DNA of 64,000 bases from Halodesulfurarchaeum sp. (GCA_034520565.1 JAXHNL010000002.1:320001-384000); one strand, 5' to 3'; shown: positions 41,553-52,375, counted from the stretch's first letter. Notes: a model not told the origin generated them from the letters alone. Translations and numbers: made by a program.

Positions 41553-42669
41553 TCACTCGAAACCCAGTGCCGCCCCGATCGCCGCCCGACTCGCGTCCGT
41601 CTTGAAGGTCGTCCCCCCGTAGTGGGCCCGCGAGGCGTCGTGGCCGGCATCCCGGAGCGCGTCGAGGAACTCGTCCATGCCGATCGCCGGTTCGCCCCAC
41701 TGGCGATAGAGCACGTGCTGGTCGAAGTGCGTGGGCGAGTCCAGTTCGTCCCGGAGCCGGGATAGCAGGCGTTCGGCGCGGGTTTTCGTGCCCATCGAGT
41801 CGTCGAGTGAACCGAGGGTCGCCTCGACGAAGTCCGGATCGTGGGTCGGGCCGAGCCAGAGCGGCCCGGCGGTCACCATCGCCTCGCCCCCACAATTTGG
41901 ACACGTGTCGGGCGGGTGGGAAACGAGCCCGGATTCTGCCTCCCGGTGGAGACACTCCCGGCAGTGATGGACCGAACCCAGTTCGTCGACGGCCGCGTTG
42001 GCATCCGTCGCCCGGTGGGAAAGATCGAGATAGGTCCGGACGTAGTGGTCCGAGACGTGGCTGCAGGATCGGGGTCACCCCGACGTCGTATCTGGCTGCC
42101 GTCCGGGCGAGCGCCCCGAGCAGGATTCGCAGGCCCATCTCGGCGTGGTAGTCGGTGTTCCGGGGGACCGCGCTGTAGCGCCGCACGCCACTTTCGAAGT
42201 GTGCGCCACAGAGCGGAGCGGTGTCCGTCGCCGTCACCGCGACGAGGTTCCGGGTGTTGGCGAAGGCGGCATCCGCAAACGGGATCGGCGAGCCGAAGGG
42301 GTCCAGGTCGACGACGTCGAACAGCGTGTCCCGATCGTGGAGCAGGGCGTTTGCGTCCCGGTTGTGGACCGTCCCGTCAAGGTCGTTGCGTGCAAGGTTC
42401 TCCCGTGCCAGTGTAACCGCCGATTCGTCGACGTCCGCGAGCGTGACGTCCCATCCTTCGGCAGCCGCCCGGACGCCCCGAATCCCGCTTGCGGCCATCG
42501 CGTCGAGGTAGGTTCCCGCGCGGGGTTCTCGCTCCCGATAGGCTCGGAGGGCCGCGATCGTCAGGTCCCGGTTGAGTTCCTGATCGGGGTTGAAAAAGAC
42601 CGCCTCCGAGCGCCCCGCCTCGGCCTGCTCCGGGGCCACGACGGTGACGCCACCTTCCGTTTGTTCCAT
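41553..42669 (-). CDS. trm1: tRNA (guanine26-N2)-dimethyltransferase; apparent +1 frameshift near 42064
   Basis: [29 protein letters not shown]; after the shift [21 protein letters not shown]. Confidence 0.9.
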
Positions 42670-42748
42670 ACCTGTCCTGTGGGCGTTGGAGAGAAAAGCC
42701 ACCCGGGCCGATCCCACAGGCTTTCATTCCCGGGGTCGAAGGGAATGT

Positions 42749-43093
42749 GTGGACCCGGACCGTTGGCAACGGCAACTCGCGGCGGCGGGCGAGCTGACAC
42801 CCGAGATCGTGGACGCCATCCTCGAAACCCACGGAGATCGGGGCAAGCGAGCCATCGAGGCAGTCACCGAGTCGCGAGTGAAGGAGTACCGCGACTTCAC
42901 GGTCGTGGTCGGTCACGGCGACGAGTACATCATCGAGGACGACGGCTGCACCTGCGAGGACGCCACCTACAACCTCGACGACGACGATCCGACCGACCGC
43001 TGCTGGCACGCGATCGCCGTGGCCATCGCAGAGCGGATCGACGCCGTCGATCACCACGACATGTGGTATGCCGACGTCCGCGAGTTCCTCTAA
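42749..43093 (+). CDS. SWIM zinc-finger protein
   Basis: CTC..D...CWH motif; GTG start. Confidence 0.8.
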   Translation: MDPDRWQRQLAAAGELTPEIVDAILETHGDRGKRAIEAVTESRVKEYRDFTVVVGHGDEYIIEDDGCTCEDATYNLDDDDPTDRCWHAIAVAIAERIDAVDHHDMWYADVREFL

Positions 43094-43123
43094 TCTGCAT
43101 GTCGGGACTGCGGGCCACCGGGC

Positions 43124-43780
43124 TCAGTCCGCGATGAAGGAGACGAAGTTCCGCAACAGTCGGAGGCCCGTTTCCCCGCTTTTCTCCGGGTGGAACTGCG
43201 TGCCGATCACGTTGCCGGCCTCGTTCGCGATGACGGCCGGAAACGTGGTGCCGTAGTCGCTCGTCGCGAGGATCGACTCGGTGGATTCGGGTTCGGCGTA
43301 GTAGGAGTGCACGAAGTACGCGTATTCTCCGTCGATGCCCTCGATAACGGGATGCTCGCGCTCGACGGCGAGTTCGTTCCACCCCATGTGGGGGATCTTC
43401 AGATCGCCCCGGAACTTCACGTTCCGGCCGGGAACGAGATCGAGGCCCTGCACGTCGCCCTGGCCGGCGCGGTCGGCCTCCTCACTGGAGGTAAGCAGCA
43501 TCTGCATCCCGAGACAGATTCCGAGGATCGGTCGACCGGCCTCGGCCGCCTCGACGAGGGGCTCGCGGAACGGCCCCGCGTTCTCCATCCCGTCGCCAAA
43601 GGCTCCGACACCCGGCAGAATGACCCCGTCAGCATCCCAGATCGCCTCGGGATCGTCCTCGATGGTGACCGCGGCGCCCGCTCGCTCCAGGCCCCGGGTG
43701 ACACTTCGCAGGTTCCCCAGACCGTAATCGAGCACCACGACGTCGGCCGCCGGGTGCTGGCCGCCCGTGGACGTGTTCAT
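43124..43780 (-). CDS. hisH: Imidazole glycerol phosphate synthase glutaminase subunit
   Basis: DYGLGNLRS, LPGVG, GICLGMQ, PHMGWN, QFHPEKS. Confidence 0.96.
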   Translation of the reverse strand: MNTSTGGQHPAADVVVLDYGLGNLRSVTRGLERAGAAVTIEDDPEAIWDADGVILPGVGAFGDGMENAGPFREPLVEAAEAGRPILGICLGMQMLLTSSEEADRAGQGDVQGLDLVPGRNVKFRGDLKIPHMGWNELAVEREHPVIEGIDGEYAYFVHSYYAEPESTESILATSDYGTTFPAVIANEAGNVIGTQFHPEKSGETGLRLLRNFVSFIAD

Positions 43781-43829
43781 ACCGGATGTATCGGGGCTCG
43801 GCGAAAAGACCCTTCGTTTTGGCCCACCG

Positions 43830-44393
43830 TCACTGCTCGGGCCGCAACATCGCTGCCGCCTCGGCAATCACGGCCTCGAAAGACTCCCGGGTGCTCGGAT
43901 CGTACAGCGTCGCGGCCGGATGAAGGCCGATCAGCACCCGGTATGTCGAGTCGCCGACGACGAGCGTTTCGGTCGTTCCCGCCGCCGCCGTCACCGCGAC
44001 CGATCGCCCCAGCAGATGCTCCGAAGGGACCTTTCCCAACGTCACGATCGCGACCGGGTCGACGCCGCGGATCTCCCGCTCCAGGTGGTCTCGACAGTTC
44101 GCCAGTTCGGTGCCGGTCGGGTCGCGGTTCTCCGGGGGGCGACACTTGACGCTGTTCGTGATCCGCACGGTATCGCGGTCGAGTCCGTGTTCGGCGAGCG
44201 TCTCGGAGAGCAGTTCACCACTCCGACCGACGAACGGTTCCCCGTCGCGATCCTCCTGCTCGCCGGGTGCCTCGCCGACGAACAGCAGGTCGGCGTCCGC
44301 GGGACCGACCCCGTTGACGATCCGTCGCCGCGACGCGACGAGAGCCGGACACCGCCTGCAATCTTCGACGTCGATCGCCACCGACTCGTCCAT
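43830..44393 (-). CDS. udg: Family 4 uracil-DNA glycosylase
   Basis: CxxC, VGEAPG, PFVG, KCRPPENR, HPAATLY. Confidence 0.93.
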   Translation of the reverse strand: MDESVAIDVEDCRRCPALVASRRRIVNGVGPADADLLFVGEAPGEQEDRDGEPFVGRSGELLSETLAEHGLDRDTVRITNSVKCRPPENRDPTGTELANCRDHLEREIRGVDPVAIVTLGKVPSEHLLGRSVAVTAAAGTTETLVVGDSTYRVLIGLHPAATLYDPSTRESFEAVIAEAAAMLRPEQ

Positions 44394-44424
44394 AGGGGGC
44401 GAACGCGACCCAGCACAATCAACG

Positions 44425-45042
44425 TCAGGATTCGCCATCGCGACGGTGGGTTCGGTCAATATTCGAACCACCTGCCCCGGTGTCGACGCCCCGCTCGAAG
44501 ACCAACTCCTCGACGCCCCGGGCCGCCAGGCGGGCCACCCGGAGCGGTTCCGGCCGACCACCGACGGGAGTGAACGCCGAGACGACCCGTTCGGCCGGCT
44601 CCGAGAGGCCGACACTCCTGACGAAGCGGGTCTCGCCGTTCACGGTGATCGGTTCTCGGTCCGGCTGTGCCTCGTAGCGGTCGAGACGGCGCTCGAGTTC
44701 GACCCCCGAAAAGGCCTCCCGTATCGGTTCCTCGAGACCGGGACTCTCCTCGAAGGAGACGGAAAGGACCGGCAGTCCGGTGGCCTCGTGGAGCGCCTCG
44801 AGGTCGAGGACGTTGAACCAGGCGGGTGCGATACCGGAGACGAGGAGGTACTGAACGTCCTCGCGTTCGAGCGACGCGGAAAGCGTCTCGATCGCTGCCG
44901 TGGCGTCCAGTCCGCCGACCGAACAGGTCTCGAACGCGAATCCGTCCACGACGCGGTTCGGAGTGACGACCGCGCCGGCAAGCAAAGAGACCGCCCCCTG
45001 ATACGATTCGGCAACGCCCAGCGCCCGGACGCCGTCTTTCAC
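44425..45042 (-). CDS. DUF99 family (endonuclease V-like) protein
   Basis: GLDAT, SGIAPAWFNVLD, RPEPLRVA. Confidence 0.82.
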   Translation of the reverse strand: MKDGVRALGVAESYQGAVSLLAGAVVTPNRVVDGFAFETCSVGGLDATAAIETLSASLEREDVQYLLVSGIAPAWFNVLDLEALHEATGLPVLSVSFEESPGLEEPIREAFSGVELERRLDRYEAQPDREPITVNGETRFVRSVGLSEPAERVVSAFTPVGGRPEPLRVARLAARGVEELVFERGVDTGAGGSNIDRTHRRDGES

Positions 45043-45045
45043 GAC

Positions 45046-45222
45046 TTAGTCCTTGATGTCCTCGAGTTTATCGAGGAGTTCGTCGTTCGAGGCCCCGATC
45101 TCGAAGTCGACCTTGCCCTCGTGATCGTTTTCGGACGTCGCGACGCCCTCGTCCCCGTCGAGGTCCTCCGAGGCGATGTCGTTTTTCCCCTGTTCGGATT
45201 CGTCGTAGCTGCCAAATCCCAT
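45046..45222 (-). CDS. Small acidic conserved protein (DUF5786-like)
   Basis: MGFGSYDESEQ...H.G.V.F...DELLDKL. Confidence 0.75.
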   Translation of the reverse strand: MGFGSYDESEQGKNDIASEDLDGDEGVATSENDHEGKVDFEIGASNDELLDKLEDIKD

Positions 45223-45320
45223 GGTACCTGAAGATACTGGATCACAATACAAAAAGGGCCCGCCGTGGCGGGACCCGTCTGATCCCCAGACTCATGGCCG
45301 TTCGGGCCGTCCGAGCCGGT

Positions 45321-45926
45321 ATGAAGATCACCTGTCTGAGTACTGACGCCGAGACGTTCACTGCGAACGTCTACCTCCTCGAGGGGACCGAACGGACCCT
45401 CGTCGATGCGGGAGCGATGCCCGGTATCGTCGAGGCCGTATCCGAGCGGGTCGACACGCTCGACACCGTGGTGCTCACCCACCGGCATTCGGACCATATC
45501 GAGCAGCTCGAGGCGATTCGAGCGGCGTTCGACCCGGTCGTGTACGCGGCAGCGCCCGGCGACGGAGCCACCGTTCTCAAAGACGGCGACACGGTGCGGA
45601 TCGGTGGCGAGTCCTTCGAGACCGTCGCGACCCCCGGCCACGCCCCGGACCACCTCGCCTTCGTCGGGGAAACGGCAGTCTTTACCGGCGACGTCGTCGT
45701 CTACAGCGACGGGGCCTTCGAGGACGGAAGCTTCGGGCGGACCGATCTCCCCGGGGCCGATCGCGAAACGCTCATCGAGAGTCTCGACCGGCTGCTGGAC
45801 CGGCTTCCGCCGACGGTCGAGGTAATGTACCCCGGGCACGGCCCCAGCTACGACGGGGACGTCCGTGCGGTGATCGAGCGAGCCCGAAGCCGCGCCGCCC
45901 GATACGAACCCAAGTATCCCGAATGA
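45321..45926 (+). CDS. MBL-fold metallo-hydrolase (glyoxalase II-like)
   Basis: THRHSDH, TPGH, TGD, GRTD, PGHG. Confidence 0.9.
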   Translation: MKITCLSTDAETFTANVYLLEGTERTLVDAGAMPGIVEAVSERVDTLDTVVLTHRHSDHIEQLEAIRAAFDPVVYAAAPGDGATVLKDGDTVRIGGESFETVATPGHAPDHLAFVGETAVFTGDVVVYSDGAFEDGSFGRTDLPGADRETLIESLDRLLDRLPPTVEVMYPGHGPSYDGDVRAVIERARSRAARYEPKYPE

Positions 45927-45998
45927 GAGCGGGGCCGAGAGGCCGTGTCGACGGTACTGGGCCACAAGCTATTTGGGCCACCGAGTCGCTTTCAACCC

Positions 45999-46529
45999 AT
46001 GTCAGGCGCCGTATTCCTCCCCGGCGACGCCATCGATCTCCGGACGATCGAACGCGACGACCTCGAGTTCCTTCAGCAGGCAATCAACGATCCCGCCGTC
46101 CGCCGCCATCTGACCGTTCGACACCCAATCAATTACGACCAAGAGGAAGAATGGTTCGAAGACCAGGTCACGAGTGACGAACACCTGAACCTGCTTATCG
46201 AGGGCGAAAACGGGCCGGCGGGGACCATCGGACTGGGATCACTCGATACCACCAACGGCACAGCGGAGCTCGGCATCTGGATCCGCGAATCCGACTGGGG
46301 GAAGGGCTACGGCACGGAAGCGAGCGAGTTGCTGATCACTCACGCCTTCGAGCAGCTGCGACTGCACCGCATCGAAGCCCGCGTCTTCGAGGGCAACGAG
46401 GCCTCGCAGAACCTCTGGGAATCACTCGGATTCGACCACGAAGCCGTCCACCGCGAGGCGGCCTACCTGAACGGCGATTACCGCGACGTGCACCGCTATG
46501 CGGTGCTCGCGAGTGAGTGGGATCGATAG
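45999..46529 (+). CDS. RimJ/RimL-type GNAT acetyltransferase
   Basis: AELGIWI..WGKGYGTEA, NEAS..L.ESLGF. Confidence 0.9.
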   Translation: MSGAVFLPGDAIDLRTIERDDLEFLQQAINDPAVRRHLTVRHPINYDQEEEWFEDQVTSDEHLNLLIEGENGPAGTIGLGSLDTTNGTAELGIWIRESDWGKGYGTEASELLITHAFEQLRLHRIEARVFEGNEASQNLWESLGFDHEAVHREAAYLNGDYRDVHRYAVLASEWDR

Positions 46530-46555
46530 GTCCGAGAAACGGCGACCGGATCGGA

Positions 46556-46705
46556 TCAGGTCGCGCGACGCTCTTTGGCCTTCGGTCGGAGGTTGCCGTA
46601 GCCACACTTGCGACACCGGTCGGCCCGCTCCGGATTGCGGGCGTTACAGCGCATACAGACCTTGGTGCCAAGGAGGCGGTCTTCGATGGAGAGGTGCTGT
46701 GTCAT
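46556..46705 (-). CDS. rpl40e: 50S ribosomal protein L40e
   Basis: Manual translation [49 protein letters not shown]; below the ORF-track cutoff. Confidence 0.93.
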   Translation of the reverse strand: MTQHLSIEDRLLGTKVCMRCNARNPERADRCRKCGYGNLRPKAKERRAT

Positions 46706-46779
46706 AGCCCTTCCTTGCCCGAGCAGGGCTAAAAGGTGTTCGACTCGGGTTTACCCCGGCTCTCCGACACGACCCGCGA

Positions 46780-47274
46780 TCAGCGGTCGAGGTACTCGTT
46801 CTGCACGGAGACGACTTCGCCCGAGTCCGCGCAGTTCGCGTATCGCTCGAGGGGCTCCTCGTTGAGGTCGAGGAAGGTCTGGCCCCACCGGAACTTCGAG
46901 AGGAGGAACTCGGCCTGTTCACGCTCGCCGAGGATCACGAGCGCGCCCGCGAAGGCCTCGACCGTCGTCAACTGGTACGGATTCCCGTAATTGACGGGAT
47001 TGCCCGCGAGCATGAACGGGAGCGCGCGGTGGATGCCGTCGATCGCGAACTGTTCCTGCGAAGCCGACTCCCAGGAGCTGTCCATCCCGACGAGGACGTC
47101 GGTCCGCTCGCGGTCGGCCGGAGAGAGGGCCTGGTCCGCGAACGGATCGAGGACCAGGCCGTACGGGACCGCCCGGTCGGTGGTGTGCAGCGTGGCGAGG
47201 TCGAACCGCTCGAGCTTCTTCGCCGTGCACTTCTGGGGATCGTCGTCGCCCTCGTAGCGAACGTGCAGGTCCAC
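46780..47274 (-). CDS. tsr3: 16S rRNA aminocarboxypropyltransferase (DUF367/Tsr3)
   Basis: [41 protein letters not shown]. Confidence 0.9.
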   Translation of the reverse strand: MDLHVRYEGDDDPQKCTAKKLERFDLATLHTTDRAVPYGLVLDPFADQALSPADRERTDVLVGMDSSWESASQEQFAIDGIHRALPFMLAGNPVNYGNPYQLTTVEAFAGALVILGEREQAEFLLSKFRWGQTFLDLNEEPLERYANCADSGEVVSVQNEYLDR

Positions 47275-47383
47275 ACATGGCGTAGACGGCGGGGTGCCAA
47301 AAACGTCCCGACCGGTGGGTAGGGACGAGTGGATGCAAGGAGGCGGGCGGCCGACTTTTGCCCGTGGCACACCGAGTGCTCCC

Positions 47384-47737
47384 ATGAACGCACCAGCCGG
47401 TTCCAGCGCCCGCGACGGCCCGACCCTCGCCCGGGAGTACTACCGGGCGATCGACGCCGGTGACTGGGCGGCCCTCCGAGCGGTTCTCGACCCCGATTTC
47501 ACCCAGGAACGGGGCGACCGGACGTTCGAGGACCGGGAGGCGTTCGTCACGTTCATGGCCGAGAATCGACCGGAGACGGACACCGAACACGTCATCGAGC
47601 AGGTGTACACCGGTCCGGGCGGCGTCGCGGTCCGGGGCCGATTGCTCCGGGGCGACGGCTCGCTGTTTTTCGAGTTCGTGGACGTGTTCCGGGTCGAACG
47701 GCGGTTGACTCACCTCCGAACGTATTCGGCCGTCTGA
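47384..47737 (+). CDS. SnoaL/NTF2-like protein
   Basis: [21 protein letters not shown]. Confidence 0.8.
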   Translation: MNAPAGSSARDGPTLAREYYRAIDAGDWAALRAVLDPDFTQERGDRTFEDREAFVTFMAENRPETDTEHVIEQVYTGPGGVAVRGRLLRGDGSLFFEFVDVFRVERRLTHLRTYSAV

Positions 47738-47741
47738 AAAC

Positions 47742-49124
47742 TCACTCCCTGTCGCCGGACCCCAGCGCGCTCTCGCCGACCGGCTCGTGGCCCTCGATGA
47801 CTTCCTGGCCGTCGAGGTAGGGGCGCAGGGCCTCCGGAATCGTCACCGTGCCGTCCTCGTTCTGGTAGTACTCCAGGATCGCGACCACGACCCGCGGGAG
47901 GGCGACGCCCGAGCCGTTGAGCGTGTGGGCGTACTCCGCGGACTCGTGGCGCTCTGGCCGGTAGCGGATCCCCGCTCGCCGGGCCTGGAAGTCCTTGAAG
48001 TTCGAGACCGAGGAGACCTCGAGCCACCGACCCCCCTCCGCCGGGCCGTCGGCCATATCGTCCGCGGGCGCCCAGACCTCGATGTCGTACTTCTTGGCCT
48101 GCGTGAAGCCCATGTCGCCGGTGCACATCTCCAGAACCCGGTAGGGGAGTCCCAGTTGCTGGAGGACTTCCTCGGCCTCCCCGAGCAGGCCGTGCAGGCG
48201 CTCGTCGCTCTGTCCCGGTTCGACGAAGTTGACGAGTTCGACCTTGTTGAACTGGTGAACCCGAACGATGCCCCGGGTCTCGGTGCCGTGTTCGCCGGCC
48301 TCGCGGCGGAAGTTGGGCGTGTAGGCCTGGTGTTTGAGCGGCAGGTCCTCCGCGAGGAGGATGTCCTCGGCGTACATGTTCGTGACCGGGACCTCCGCGG
48401 TGGGGAGCAACCAGAGGTCGTCATCGTCGTAGTCCTCGTCGTTTGCCCCGCCGATCCGGTAGGCGTCCTCGACGAACTTGGGGAACTGGCCGGTCCCCCG
48501 CATCGACGCGGAGTTGACCGGAATCGGGGGGAAGACCTCACGATAGCCCTGCTCGCGATGGATGTCCCGCATGAACTGGATCAGGGCGTGTTCCAGCCGG
48601 GCGCCGTCGCCCTTGAGGAAGTAAAAGCCGCCACCGGCGACCTTTGCACCCCGCTCGAAGTCGAGGATGTCCAGGTCCTCCCCGAGGTCGTAGTGGGGTT
48701 CGACCGGGTCGGGAAGGCCCCGCATGTCGTCGAACCCCTCCCGCCGGGCCTCGACGTTGTCCGACTCGTCCTCGCCGACCGGGACGTCCTCGTCCGGAAC
48801 CATCGGGACCTCGAGGAGCCGGTCTTCGAGTTCCGCCTCGAGTTCCTCGGCGCGTTCCTCGACAGTCTCGAGTTCCTCCTTGAGCTCCGTGGAGCGCTGG
48901 ATGGCCTCCTCGGCGGCGTCCTCGTCGCCGGCCTGTTTGTACTCGGCGATCCGGTCGCTGACCTCGTTTCGCTCGTGACGCAACTCGTCCCCGCGGGCCT
49001 TGAGTTCGCGCCACTCCGCATCGACCTCGAGGATGTGATCCAGGTCCACGTCCGTCACGCCCTTGTGTTCGATCGCCTCCCGGACCACGTCCGGATGCTC
49101 CCGGACGAACTGCCTGCTCAACAT
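47742..49124 (-). CDS. serS: Serine-tRNA ligase
   Basis: N-terminal coiled coil, PTAEV, FRREAG, RVHQF, EVSSVSN, TLNGSG. Confidence 0.97.
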   Translation of the reverse strand: MLSRQFVREHPDVVREAIEHKGVTDVDLDHILEVDAEWRELKARGDELRHERNEVSDRIAEYKQAGDEDAAEEAIQRSTELKEELETVEERAEELEAELEDRLLEVPMVPDEDVPVGEDESDNVEARREGFDDMRGLPDPVEPHYDLGEDLDILDFERGAKVAGGGFYFLKGDGARLEHALIQFMRDIHREQGYREVFPPIPVNSASMRGTGQFPKFVEDAYRIGGANDEDYDDDDLWLLPTAEVPVTNMYAEDILLAEDLPLKHQAYTPNFRREAGEHGTETRGIVRVHQFNKVELVNFVEPGQSDERLHGLLGEAEEVLQQLGLPYRVLEMCTGDMGFTQAKKYDIEVWAPADDMADGPAEGGRWLEVSSVSNFKDFQARRAGIRYRPERHESAEYAHTLNGSGVALPRVVVAILEYYQNEDGTVTIPEALRPYLDGQEVIEGHEPVGESALGSGDRE

Positions 49125-49341
49125 GGGAGACCGTATTTCCGGAATGCGGTTAACACTATTGGGTGGCCGGCCGGCGGGAGGCTGCGTCCGCCCCCATTCT
49201 CCGTCGAGTGCTAACCCTCATACCGGAAGGCGCCCAATGACGTGTCATGCACGCGGTATCGGCCCGGTGGATTCGTCAGGGTGCGGGGGAACCCGGAGCC
49301 GACAGTGACGGTATCCGGGTGCCGGCCGGAGGTGTCAATTG

Positions 49342-50976
49342 ATGGACGAGATGCTGTTCGGACTGCCCGCCGGGCCGGTTCTCGAGACCGCGTACGTCGG
49401 TGCCTTCGTTCTCGCCACGCTGCTCACGGCGGTCAGTCTCACCCGGATCGGACGCGTACAGGACCCCGACACCAGGCGGGGGCTGTTCTGGCTTTTGGCC
49501 GGGAGCGGGATCTGGGCGGCGAGTATCGTGGGCTTCCTGCTCGCACCGAGCGTCACCCTTTCGATCGCCTTCCACACGATCGGACTGGTCGTCGGCCTGG
49601 CGACCGTCGGGGCCTGGCTGTACTTCACGTCCGCGTACACCGGCCGCTCGCTCCACCGGAACCGAACGGTCCGACAGGTCGCCCTCGGGGCGTTCCTGAT
49701 CGTCATCGCGGTGAAGGTGACGAACCCGATCCACGGCCTCTATTACTCAGTCGAGGTGCTCTCGGTCCCCTTCGAGCACGTCGCCATCCAGAACGGCGTG
49801 CTCCACTGGTCGGTGATGGGGGCCTCCTACACGCTCTCCGGCATCGGCTACTTCATGCTCTTCGAGCGGTTCGGGACCGTGAGTCTCGACACGAAGCCCC
49901 TCGTGGTCCTCGTCGGGCTCACCGGCTTGCCGATCGTCCTCGACATCGCGGGCTTTTCCAGTTCCGCGTTGATCGACATCACCTACGAACCACTCGGCGT
50001 CGCCGTCTTCGCGAGCGGCGTCTTCTTCGTCTTTCTCGAGCGGTTCGAGGCGGTTCGGATGGCCGGGGAGCGGACCGAACCCGTCATCGCGCTGGACACC
50101 GGGGGTCGAATCCACCAGTACAACCATGCCGCCGGCCAGTTGTTTGCGAATCGAATCAACCCGGCAATCATCGACGAGCCGATCACCGAAGTGTTCCCGG
50201 AACTCCCCGAGGCGAGCGCAGACCAGGTGATCTTCCCCGTCGAGAACGGCGAAACCAGATACTACCGAATGACCTCGACCCCGTTTACCAGCGGGGAGAC
50301 CAACCTGGGCCGATTGCTCGTGTTCACTGACGTGACGGAGGAGGAGCGGGCCAAACGCGAGTTGAAACGGCAGAACGAACGGCTCGAACGTTTCACGAGT
50401 ACGGTCTCTCACGATTTGCGGAACCCGCTCACCGTCGCCACCGGGCGGCTCGAAATCGCCGTCGAGGAAACCGACTCCGAGCACGTGGAAACCGCACTCG
50501 ACGCCCTCGAGCGGATGGAGACGATGATCGAGGACCTGCTCGATCTGGCCAGACAGGGCCAGCAGGTCGACGAGACCGAGACGGTCTCCCTCGAAACTGC
50601 GGCACGCGAGGCCTGGAAGATGGTCCAGACCGACGACGCGACACTCGAGGTCCGGGGCGACCGGGACCTGGAAGCCGATCCAGATCGGCTGGCCAGCGTC
50701 TTCGAGAACCTGTTCCGGAACGCCGTCGAGCACGTCGGCCCGGACGTCACCGTCACCGTCGAGCCGACCGCCGAGGGCTTCGCCGTCGGCGACGACGGCC
50801 CGGGAATCCCGCCCGGGGACCGCGAAAACGTCTTCGAATCCGGCTACACCACCGACACGGACGGAACGGGATTCGGGCTGACGATCGTCACTGAGGTCGC
50901 CGAGGCCCACGGCTGGACCGTCGAGGTCGACGAAAGCAGGGCGGGGGGCGCGAGATTCGTCTTCGACCTGCGGTGA
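49342..50976 (+). CDS. Membrane (about 7 TM) sensor histidine kinase with PAS-like domain
   Basis: SHDLRNPL H-box, ENLFRNA, DDGPGI, GTGFGL; no response regulator adjacent. Confidence 0.9.
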   Translation: MDEMLFGLPAGPVLETAYVGAFVLATLLTAVSLTRIGRVQDPDTRRGLFWLLAGSGIWAASIVGFLLAPSVTLSIAFHTIGLVVGLATVGAWLYFTSAYTGRSLHRNRTVRQVALGAFLIVIAVKVTNPIHGLYYSVEVLSVPFEHVAIQNGVLHWSVMGASYTLSGIGYFMLFERFGTVSLDTKPLVVLVGLTGLPIVLDIAGFSSSALIDITYEPLGVAVFASGVFFVFLERFEAVRMAGERTEPVIALDTGGRIHQYNHAAGQLFANRINPAIIDEPITEVFPELPEASADQVIFPVENGETRYYRMTSTPFTSGETNLGRLLVFTDVTEEERAKRELKRQNERLERFTSTVSHDLRNPLTVATGRLEIAVEETDSEHVETALDALERMETMIEDLLDLARQGQQVDETETVSLETAAREAWKMVQTDDATLEVRGDRDLEADPDRLASVFENLFRNAVEHVGPDVTVTVEPTAEGFAVGDDGPGIPPGDRENVFESGYTTDTDGTGFGLTIVTEVAEAHGWTVEVDESRAGGARFVFDLR

Positions 50977-51013
50977 CTGGTCGAATCGGTTCGCGTGCGA
51001 AGAATGACCGAAG

Positions 51014-51057
51014 CGTTCGAGTCGAAATCCCACACCGTTCGATCCGAAATCCCACAC
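51014..51057 (+). repeat. 22-bp tandem direct repeat x2
   Basis: CGTTCGAGTCGAAATCCCACAC / CGTTCGATCCGAAATCCCACAC. Confidence 0.7.
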
Positions 51058-51076
51058 GGGAGCGGCAGCTCAATCC

Positions 51077-51775
51077 CTAGTGATTCGTTCCGGGTTCACC
51101 GGAGTCCGTCGCCACTCCGTCTGCCCCGGCATTGGGGTGGACCTCCATCTCCTCCCTGATCGTCGCCAGTAGTTCGACCGGCTCCTCGGTGAGCGGCGTC
51201 CGGAACGTTTTCAGGTCGTCGGTTTCCCGGATCGGCCTGACCACGAGGTCACCGTCCTCGAAAACCGCCGCTGCGAGGTTCGAATACGGGAAGTGTACGA
51301 TACCGTCGGGATCGGTCCCGAACGAAGCCTTCTGGAAGGTGAGATCGAGACTCGTGTGTCCGTGGATCCAGACGCCGGCGTCGTCCACGCCGACGAGGGT
51401 CGCGTCTATCTGGGACGGCGCTTCGACGAACGGTTGGGTCTCCTCGGAAGCCTTGGTGAGAAGGGTCACCTCGGTACCCTCGTCCATCCCGGCGGCCTCG
51501 AGGACGACCGGCCCGTACTCCTCGACGTCCGCAATGTAGGCCGTCCGAAGCGACTCCCAGTTCCGATTGATGTATCGCATCCCCTGGTACCAGATCGGTC
51601 CGCCGGCAACCAGTCCCACCAGTGCGAACAGGTAAGCGGCCCCGAAGTAGTAGCCGATCCCGCCGAGCAACAAGACCACCATCGCCCAGCCGACGACGGG
51701 GTGCCACCCGAAGATCCAGCGGAGGAAGGAAAGCTCGGCTTTCGCCTCCCTGAAGGCCGATTGTGAGTCGCTCAT
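51077..51775 (-). CDS. Hypothetical membrane protein
   Basis: Two N-terminal TM segments and an acidic soluble domain; host-like codon usage. Confidence 0.7.
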   Translation of the reverse strand: MSDSQSAFREAKAELSFLRWIFGWHPVVGWAMVVLLLGGIGYYFGAAYLFALVGLVAGGPIWYQGMRYINRNWESLRTAYIADVEEYGPVVLEAAGMDEGTEVTLLTKASEETQPFVEAPSQIDATLVGVDDAGVWIHGHTSLDLTFQKASFGTDPDGIVHFPYSNLAAAVFEDGDLVVRPIRETDDLKTFRTPLTEEPVELLATIREEMEVHPNAGADGVATDSGEPGTNH

Positions 51776-51980
51776 GGCAACTCGGATGTCGGCACGCCTG
51801 TCGGGGGTGTCGTCCGGATCGAGCCGTCGAACTGACAACGCTGGGTCTGGAGCGAAACCGTCATTTACCGGATCTGGGGCGGCGACCGAAAAATACGTTC
51901 CGCTACCTGCGGCCCGAACCCGGTAACCCGCCGGTCCGGGACTCACACGCGACTTCGGTCCACGGTACGCCGTCGGTTCT

Positions 51981-52202
51981 CTACTCGAGGCCGAGGTCCG
52001 CGAGCGAGTGGGTGTGCTGCCACGCGCCGGAGACCTCGTCGATGTCGAACTTGACGATGCCGTCGGTCAGTTCGAGTCGGACCATGTCCTCGCCGATCTC
52101 GGTGTCGTGCAGGTGCAGTTCGAGAGGCATGTCGAACTCGCTGACGGCGACCATCAGTTCGCCGTTTTTCTCCAGCATCGCTTGCAGGTCTTCTGCGTTC
52201 AT
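51981..52202 (-). CDS. Small conserved hypothetical protein
   Basis: GELMV.VSEFD.PLELHLHDT...W.H.HSL; acidic. Confidence 0.7.
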   Translation of the reverse strand: MNAEDLQAMLEKNGELMVAVSEFDMPLELHLHDTEIGEDMVRLELTDGIVKFDIDEVSGAWQHTHSLADLGLE

Positions 52203-52356
52203 GTGCGTCAGTTCAGTACGATTACCGACCCGAAAAAGATTGCGTCCACGGAAGTCGCGGGTCAGCATGTTTCGGGAACGCTGGGTTCCAGAAGCCGGCC
52301 CCCCGGTTTTGGTTCGGCAAAGTTCAATCCGCTTGGATGCCAAGAAGTAACTGTAT

Positions 52357-52372
52357 CACAGTGGTAGCACAG
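52357..52372 (+). promoter_or_regulatory. Putative RHH operator CACAG-N6-CACAG
   Basis: CACAG-tggtag-CACAG-att-ATG; identical geometry to 36257-36272. Confidence 0.6.
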
Positions 52373-52375
52373 ATT

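Noticed and set aside
42060-42070. Programmed frameshift or pseudogenisation of trm1 (and of the PIN gene near 59726)
   Set aside because: No slippery site; single indels in conserved core genes match the sequencing-error pattern seen in pst
49342-50976. Orphan histidine kinase as a novel signalling system
   Set aside because: Unpaired kinases of this architecture are common in haloarchaea; nothing distinctive here
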